DNA of 64,000 nt from Candidatus Woesearchaeota archaeon (GTDB lineage: Archaea; Nanobdellota; Nanobdellia; Woesearchaeales; JACJVV01), in contig JBLKOM010000006.1 in the NCBI GenBank assembly GCA_047602755.1, positions 77,561 to 141,560 on the forward strand, written 5' to 3'. Each line of letters opens with the position of its first letter. The first letter of the stretch is position 1. The notes under the pieces are model-generated. The model saw only the letters and a list, made by a program, of their open reading frames with translations, was not told the DNA's origin and ran no database searches. Shown here piece by piece: positions 58,008 to 64,000 of this stretch. Made by a program: the position numbers and the translations under genes.

Positions 58008-60443
58008 ATGGGGAAGAATTCATATGAAATTTCTGGAATGCACTGTGCAAGCTGTGCAAACAGTATTGAGAAAGGATTAAATAAAGAAAAAAAAGTTATT
58101 TCTGCAAAAGTTAATATTGCAACAAATAAATTGTTTATTGATACAACCTTAACAGAAAAAGAAATACAAGATAAGCTAAAACAAATTGGAAATTTTAAAA
58201 TTCAGAGCAAAGAAAATAATAATATAACATTACAAATTGTAGGGATTACTTGCAGTTCATGTGTAAGTAAAATAGAAAAAAGTTTAAATAAATTACACGG
58301 AATAAATTCTGCAAGAGTTAATATTGCAACTTCTAAAGCTTCAATAAATTATGATGCATCAAAAATTAATTTTTTAGATATAGTAGAAGATATAAAAAAG
58401 AATGGATATAAAGTAGTAAAAAATGAAAAGAATGATGGAAAAAAAGATTTAGCGCATGAAGAATTAAAAATAGCATCAAAAAGAATGTGGTTTTCTGTTG
58501 CATTTGCTGGTCCATTAATGGTATTAATGATGATTGATATGTTTGTATTTATGGTACCATATTATTTAATTATAATTGCATTAATGGGTGCACCAGTTAT
58601 ATTTATTGCAGGTTTTGAAACACATAAATCAGCTTTTCGGTCAGTTATAAACCTAAGCCCTAACATGGATACCCTTGTAACTTTAGGGTCATTAATTCCA
58701 TACACATTAAGTTTACTTGCATTATGGTTCCCAGTACAAGCTTTCATAGAGATGGCAACAACAATATTATCTTTACATCTTGTTGGAAGATACCTTGAAG
58801 CAAAAGCAAAAGGAAGAGCATCAAATGCTATAAAAAAATTATTTTCACTTGGAGCAAAAAAAGCAACAATACTAGTAAATAATGTAGAAAAAGAAATATC
58901 TATAGAAGCATTAAAAGTTGGAGATATTATGGTTATAAAACCTGGAGAAAAAATTCCAACCGATGGAGAAATAATTAAAGGTGAGACCAGTATTGATGAA
59001 TCAATGGCCACAGGTGAATCATTACCTGTACAGAAGAAGAAAGGAGATAATGTAATTGGTTCAACTATAAATAAAAACGGAAGAATATTAGTTAAAGCTA
59101 CAAAAATTGGTGATGATACATTCTTAAGCCAAATAATAAAATTAGTTGAAGAATGTCAAGGAAGTAAAGTTCCTATCCAAGAATTTGCTGACAAAGTAAC
59201 AGGATATTTTGTACCAGGAGTTATATTTATTGCATTAGCTGCTTTTGGATCATGGTTATTATTCCCTGAAATTCATATAAGAATAGTTGAGTTTTTTAAT
59301 TTTCCATGGACAAATCCTACAGCACCATTATTAACATTAGCAATACTTGCTTCTACTGCTGTATTAGTTATATCATGTCCTTGCGCATTAGGACTTGCAA
59401 CACCGACAGCATTAATGGTTGGGTCAGGGTTAGGAGCAGAAAAAGGAATCCTGATTAGAAAAGGAGAAGCAATCCAAACAATGAAAGATCTTAAATGTAT
59501 AATTTTTGATAAAACAGGAACATTAACTAATGGGAAACCAGAAGTTACTGATATATTAACATATAATAATTTTACAAAAAAAGATGTATTATATTATTCA
59601 GCAAGCTTAGAAAAATCATCAGAACATCCTTTAGCAACAGCGTTTATTGAAAAATCTAAAGAAAATAATATTGAATTAAAAGAAGCTACAAATTTTAAAG
59701 CAATATCTGGAAAAGGAATTAAAGGTAAAATAAACAAAAAAGTAGTTTTAGTAGGAAATACTAAATTAATGAAAGAATATAAGATTGATTATGAAGAATA
59801 TCAAGCTGATTTAGAACAGTTAGAAAATGAAGCAAAGACATCAATGTTCATATCTATTAATAATAAAGTTGCAGGAATCATTGCTGTTGCTGACACACTT
59901 AAAGAAAATTCAGAAAAAGCAATTCTTGAAATACATAAAATGGGCATTAAAACTGCTATGATAACTGGTGATAATAATCGTACTGCAAAAGCTATTGCAG
60001 CAAAAATTGGAATTGATGATGTAATCTCAGATGTACTTCCTGAAGGTAAAGTAATAGAAGTAAAAAGATTGCAGAAAAAGTATGGTCTAGTTGGAATGGT
60101 TGGTGATGGAATTAATGATGCACCTGCTTTAAAACAAGCAAATGTCGGAATTGCTATTGGAACAGGAACAGATATAGCAATAGAAGCAGCAGATATTACC
60201 CTTGTAAGAGGAAATTTAGGATCATTGATTAGTGCCATAAAATTATCAAATGCTACATTTAGGAAGATTAAACAAAATTATTTTTGGGCTTGGTTTTATA
60301 ATGCTGTAGCGATACCTGCTGCATTTTTAGGATTACTTCATCCAATGATAGGAGCTGGAGCAATGGCATTAAGCTCAGTTAATGTTGTATTAAACTCAAT
60401 AAGGCTAAAATATGCTAATATAAATCCTAGATTTAAGGAATAA
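58008..60443 (+). CDS. copA: copper-translocating P1B-type ATPase
   Basis: Two HMA domains (GMHCASCA and GITCSSCV). CPC transmembrane metal site SCPCALG. DKTGTLT, GDGINDAP, TGES. Confidence 0.9.
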   Translation: MGKNSYEISGMHCASCANSIEKGLNKEKKVISAKVNIATNKLFIDTTLTEKEIQDKLKQIGNFKIQSKENNNITLQIVGITCSSCVSKIEKSLNKLHGINSARVNIATSKASINYDASKINFLDIVEDIKKNGYKVVKNEKNDGKKDLAHEELKIASKRMWFSVAFAGPLMVLMMIDMFVFMVPYYLIIIALMGAPVIFIAGFETHKSAFRSVINLSPNMDTLVTLGSLIPYTLSLLALWFPVQAFIEMATTILSLHLVGRYLEAKAKGRASNAIKKLFSLGAKKATILVNNVEKEISIEALKVGDIMVIKPGEKIPTDGEIIKGETSIDESMATGESLPVQKKKGDNVIGSTINKNGRILVKATKIGDDTFLSQIIKLVEECQGSKVPIQEFADKVTGYFVPGVIFIALAAFGSWLLFPEIHIRIVEFFNFPWTNPTAPLLTLAILASTAVLVISCPCALGLATPTALMVGSGLGAEKGILIRKGEAIQTMKDLKCIIFDKTGTLTNGKPEVTDILTYNNFTKKDVLYYSASLEKSSEHPLATAFIEKSKENNIELKEATNFKAISGKGIKGKINKKVVLVGNTKLMKEYKIDYEEYQADLEQLENEAKTSMFISINNKVAGIIAVADTLKENSEKAILEIHKMGIKTAMITGDNNRTAKAIAAKIGIDDVISDVLPEGKVIEVKRLQKKYGLVGMVGDGINDAPALKQANVGIAIGTGTDIAIEAADITLVRGNLGSLISAIKLSNATFRKIKQNYFWAWFYNAVAIPAAFLGLLHPMIGAGAMALSSVNVVLNSIRLKYANINPRFKE

Positions 60444-60506
60444 GGTATGTCAAGTTCTGAGATATAATTAATAAAACTTATAAGCAAATATTGAGTTATA
60501 TATTCA

Positions 60507-61037
60507 ATGAATCAGAAATATATAGGTATAATTGTACTGATAATAGGAATACTGCTAATTGGAATAGTAACTACATTAAAAATTAATGAAGATAAGATGA
60601 TTAATGAAATGATACATGATACAGGATCATGTTTTCTTGATGATGGAACTTGCTTACATAGTGAAAGAGATTGGATAACTTATATTATTGGTTGGATACT
60701 ATCATCTGCACTTATAATTTTAGGATTATACTTAATATTTTTTGATAAAACACAACAAGTTTTATTACAACAAAATTCAGAGATTGCAAAGTCACTTGTT
60801 GAAGCAAAGAAAAAAGAAGAGTTTAATGCTTTTCTTTCAGGATTTGATGAACAACAACAAAAAGTTCTACGTGTAATAAACAATGAAGAAGGAATATTGC
60901 AATCAACTTTAAGATATCGTGTTGAGATGTCAAAAACATCATTATCGATTCTATTAAGAGAACTTGAAGATAAAGGAATTATATTAAGAAAAACTGAAGG
61001 TAAATCAAATAAAGTATTCTTGAGAAAAAAATGGTAA
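60507..61037 (+). CDS. membrane-tethered winged-helix (MarR/PadR-like) regulator (176 aa)
   Basis: Two N-terminal TM helices with a Cys/His-containing loop (HDTGSCFLDDGTCLHSE), then QQKVLRVINNEEGILQSTLRYRVEMSKTSLSILLRELEDKGIILR (wHTH). Overlaps the downstream protease gene by 7 nt. Confidence 0.5.
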   Translation: MNQKYIGIIVLIIGILLIGIVTTLKINEDKMINEMIHDTGSCFLDDGTCLHSERDWITYIIGWILSSALIILGLYLIFFDKTQQVLLQQNSEIAKSLVEAKKKEEFNAFLSGFDEQQQKVLRVINNEEGILQSTLRYRVEMSKTSLSILLRELEDKGIILRKTEGKSNKVFLRKKW

Positions 61038-61957
61038 GTAAAAAACAACTTACAGTATTATGGATTACTATAGTATTATTGTTTTTGATAAATATATCAC
61101 TATTTACATTATTTTACTTAGATTATAGAACAAAAACTGATGAACTTAATAATTTAATTAGGATTGTAGAAAAAGATCGAATTGATGCAGATGCATTTAT
61201 TATGGATCAATTAATTAGAGAGACAAATGAAAGAGCTAATTTTGAGATAATGACTTATGAAAATTTTAATAATCTTGAAAATTATATAACTAATAGAACT
61301 ACAAATCTTCAATTAGATTTTGAAACAAGAATTGGTGAAGTTTCACAAGAAATTGCAGGATTTGAAAGTAGAATAGATCGAATAAGAGTTTCAAGTAATG
61401 ATTTTAGTGATATTATAGAAGAAGTTGCACAAGCAGTAGTTAGTATAAGAACAAATAGAGGTATTGGAAGTGGAGTCTTTTTTCATAAAGATGGATATAT
61501 TATGACAAATAGACATGTTATCGAGAATACAAGAAGTATCAATGCCATAACATATAATGGAACTGTATTCCCTGTAAGAATTATTGGAACAGCAGTAAAT
61601 GCAGATTTAGCTGTTTTACAAATAACAACTGGTGGAACATTTCCTTTTTTAAGATTTGAAGAAGATTTTAGAATTGGTGAAAGAGTTATTGCAATAGGTA
61701 ATCCATTAGGACTTGCATTTAGTGTAACAGAAGGTATAATAAGTGGTTCAGATAGAGTTATTGATAATACTGGAATTGGATATATTCAAACAGATGTTTC
61801 AATAAATTCAGGTAATTCTGGTGGTCCATTAGTTAACAGTGGAAAAAGAATTGTAGGAATAAATACATTTAAAATTTCTGCAACAGAAGGTTTAGGATTT
61901 GCAATCCCTGCATCAGTTGCAAGAGATATTGGCGAACAAGCATTAAGTGTTGATTAA
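61031..61957 (+). CDS. membrane-anchored trypsin-like serine protease (S1C/HtrA-like, no PDZ domain)
   Basis: N-terminal TM segment. Catalytic triad context: MTNRHV (His), DLAVLQI (Asp), GNSGGPLVN (Ser). Confidence 0.7.
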   Translation: MVSKKQLTVLWITIVLLFLINISLFTLFYLDYRTKTDELNNLIRIVEKDRIDADAFIMDQLIRETNERANFEIMTYENFNNLENYITNRTTNLQLDFETRIGEVSQEIAGFESRIDRIRVSSNDFSDIIEEVAQAVVSIRTNRGIGSGVFFHKDGYIMTNRHVIENTRSINAITYNGTVFPVRIIGTAVNADLAVLQITTGGTFPFLRFEEDFRIGERVIAIGNPLGLAFSVTEGIISGSDRVIDNTGIGYIQTDVSINSGNSGGPLVNSGKRIVGINTFKISATEGLGFAIPASVARDIGEQALSVD

Positions 61958-62018
61958 ATTCTAAAATAATTATTTAACCATATACATCATTATAAATGAA
62001 TAATTAATTATAAATAAT

Positions 62019-62546
62019 ATGGACAATCCTATAAAAGAAGCAAGAATTGAACTATTATATGATATTGAAGCAATTGTTAATGAGAGTAATCCAGATAAAA
62101 CTACACAAATAGTTCATAATATTAAACCAGCTAAATATCTTACATTACAGGAATCTGATAAAGTTTTTCCAAGTGAATACTTTAATGATAATACAATCAT
62201 TGTTTTACCAACTGATCAAATTAGTCAGCCAACAAATGTTTTAGATTACGATGAAGATCAAATAAAACTAGATGAATTAAATATAGGAGATAAATATCCA
62301 TTAACATTAATTATGTGTGCACATACTATTGAAGTAAGCACTTCACCTATGTTTGTACAAAATTCTTGTCAGAGAATTAATGTTGGAAGCTCTTTATCTG
62401 TTAGAAATATTGATGATCTTATAAGAAATTCAAAAGAACATTTTGCAAGTATTTTAGAAAGTAATGGTATTGATGTTAATAAAGATTATATTTATTTAAG
62501 AATTGCAATGTATGAAAATATTAAAGGTAGACCACAAGATTTCTAA
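62019..62546 (+). CDS. hypothetical protein (175 aa)
   Basis: ORF only. Confidence 0.5.
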   Translation: MDNPIKEARIELLYDIEAIVNESNPDKTTQIVHNIKPAKYLTLQESDKVFPSEYFNDNTIIVLPTDQISQPTNVLDYDEDQIKLDELNIGDKYPLTLIMCAHTIEVSTSPMFVQNSCQRINVGSSLSVRNIDDLIRNSKEHFASILESNGIDVNKDYIYLRIAMYENIKGRPQDF

Positions 62547-62548
62547 AA

Positions 62549-63343
62549 TTATTTATTATCTCTCCAAAAATAGTTAAAATATTTCATATAACTTTTTTTT
62601 ATTTCTTTAGACTCCAAAACAAAGGCAAATGATTGTTCAGACCATAAAATTTGAGCAACCTTATCACCAAAAATTAAGATTACCATAGGTGATGATAAAT
62701 TTTTAGGAAGCTGATGTAACTTATAGTAATTTTTATTGTGTAAATGCCTATTTTTTGAATTTAAATTTGCAAGTGATTTTCCATGATCAACCAGATCATA
62801 CATCCAACATTTTTGCTCTACTCTTCGTTTCATCCAATGATTAAACCAATTTTTTAAAGAAGTTTTTTCAATTCCTGAGTTACCACCTATCCAGTAAATC
62901 ATTTTATGGTTTATTGCCTCATCAAGTAAAGATTTAATAGATTCATTTCCACGATAGACTTCAGCATTAATGGTATTTTTCTTTTGATTAAATAAATTAA
63001 TAATGTCAGGCAAAGAATTCTCAATTAAAGTTAATGACTTTTTCTTTTCTTTTATTTTTTCTAAAATATTGTTCGGGTGGGTACATTGATACACTTTTAC
63101 TTTTTTCTCAACAGTATAACTAACAAAACCTTTATCAATTAATTTATTAAGAATATCATATATATTTCTTCGTTCATATCCTGTTTTTTCTTGAATACTA
63201 TTTAATGAAGAACTTCCTAATTCTAACAAAGTAGAATATACTTTTGATTGACCTTCACTTAGCCCTAACTCTTTAAGATCTATTTTCATTGAATAACTAA
63301 TACTATTTGAATTTATATTATTTATGGTATTATACAATACCAC
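62549..63343 (-). CDS. TrmB-family transcriptional regulator (264 aa)
   Basis: N-terminus LKELGLSEGQSKVYSTLLELGSSSLNSIQEKTGYERRNIYDILNKLIDKGFVSY parallels the TrmB-like wHTH at 46158. Confidence 0.6.
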   Translation of the reverse strand: MVLYNTINNINSNSISYSMKIDLKELGLSEGQSKVYSTLLELGSSSLNSIQEKTGYERRNIYDILNKLIDKGFVSYTVEKKVKVYQCTHPNNILEKIKEKKKSLTLIENSLPDIINLFNQKKNTINAEVYRGNESIKSLLDEAINHKMIYWIGGNSGIEKTSLKNWFNHWMKRRVEQKCWMYDLVDHGKSLANLNSKNRHLHNKNYYKLHQLPKNLSSPMVILIFGDKVAQILWSEQSFAFVLESKEIKKSYMKYFNYFWRDNK

Positions 63344-63429
63344 AACATTTTATATAGTAAGTATAATGCAATTATTTGTTCTAGCGCAGATTTAGGGTAT
63401 GGCCTATCATTAGATTATAAAGGATAAAA

Positions 63430-64000
63430 ATGATAGGAATGCATTGGGGATTTGTAAAACTTGTAACGAATTTACTATTCATATTAATCCTTGTTACATT
63501 TCCAATTTATCATACATTAAGCGTGGTTTTGCTATTTGCATTAATTGCATTTTGGAGTAGAATACCTGGTACTTCAATACCCTCTCCATTATGGGTACTA
63601 TATATGATTGATTTAGTTGATCTTTTTAGCTTAATAGTTGCAATTAATATAAGTGGACCAGCTGGTGCTTTACTAGCATTTTTTGGTAATTTTGTTCCAA
63701 GAATAGGAGGAATCACACCTGCATGGAGTGATGTAATTAAAGATAGCATAATACAACCATTAATATGCTTAATCATGCCATTCATATATGCAATAGTTCA
63801 AGACATAACTGTTTGCATGGTAATATATACATTGTTAAGACAGATAGGGTTTTTTATTGCAAATTTTGTATATCCTGAATATGGTTCTTTTCCACAATAT
63901 GTTATATTATTCATAGCATATACAACTACACAAACATTAATTAATTATCTTTATGGAAAGTATTTTGGAGCATTTTTTGACACAATTATAAAAGAAGGAA
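63430..64000 (+). CDS. polytopic membrane protein, 3'-partial (runs off the window end)
   Basis: Open frame from ATG 63430 to the window end (MIGMHWGFVKLVTNLLFILILV...). Preferred over the 91-aa antisense ORF 63510-63785. Confidence 0.45.
   Translation, partial: MIGMHWGFVKLVTNLLFILILVTFPIYHTLSVVLLFALIAFWSRIPGTSIPSPLWVLYMIDLVDLFSLIVAINISGPAGALLAFFGNFVPRIGGITPAWSDVIKDSIIQPLICLIMPFIYAIVQDITVCMVIYTLLRQIGFFIANFVYPEYGSFPQYVILFIAYTTTQTLINYLYGKYFGAFFDTIIKEG

Noticed and set aside
63510-63785. 91-aa minus-strand ORF
   Set aside because: It is antisense to a longer uninterrupted plus-strand membrane-protein frame (63430 to the window end) that has better start context, so it is a shadow ORF.

Overview
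AT-rich (about 30% GC), gene-dense window that looks like an archaeal chromosome. The evidence for archaeal origin is an RNA polymerase subunit L, ribosomal protein L35Ae, an intron-containing tRNA, TrmB-type regulators and a LamG surface glycoprotein; the lineage cannot be assigned from sequence alone (possibly DPANN or a thaumarchaeal relative). Recognisable content: a tRNA followed by a perfect 114-bp tandem duplication that begins with a copy of the tRNA 3' end; a GDP-mannose pair (manC/manB) beside a heavily N-glycosylated LamG surface protein; a histidine block with two unusual gene fusions (hisG-hisE, hisA-hisI) plus hisB; thrB; a METTL5-like methyltransferase; an Lhr-type helicase; a Ca-type P-type ATPase; a patatin-like phospholipase; a copper module (cupredoxin-like protein plus CopA) next to a membrane-tethered wHTH regulator and an HtrA-like protease. 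The most unusual locus is at about 33.5-38.7 kb: three long noncoding stretches (0.45-1.0 kb) in an otherwise compact genome. They carry inverted arrays of an iteron-like repeat (AAAGTGAGA-N17-19-AATCCCC) and GGAATGA-type tandem repeats, and they bracket an operon of small Zn-ribbon, winged-helix and coiled-coil proteins and a single-domain response regulator. This is a candidate replication origin or integrated replicon, or a regulatory hub. Further repeat families include a dispersed 18-mer, a roughly 82-bp structured element present twice, a possible in-frame stop inside a Nudix gene, and several novel multi-domain fusions. No CRISPR arrays or rRNA genes were seen. All functional calls are motif-level readings of the supplied translations and have not been checked against databases.
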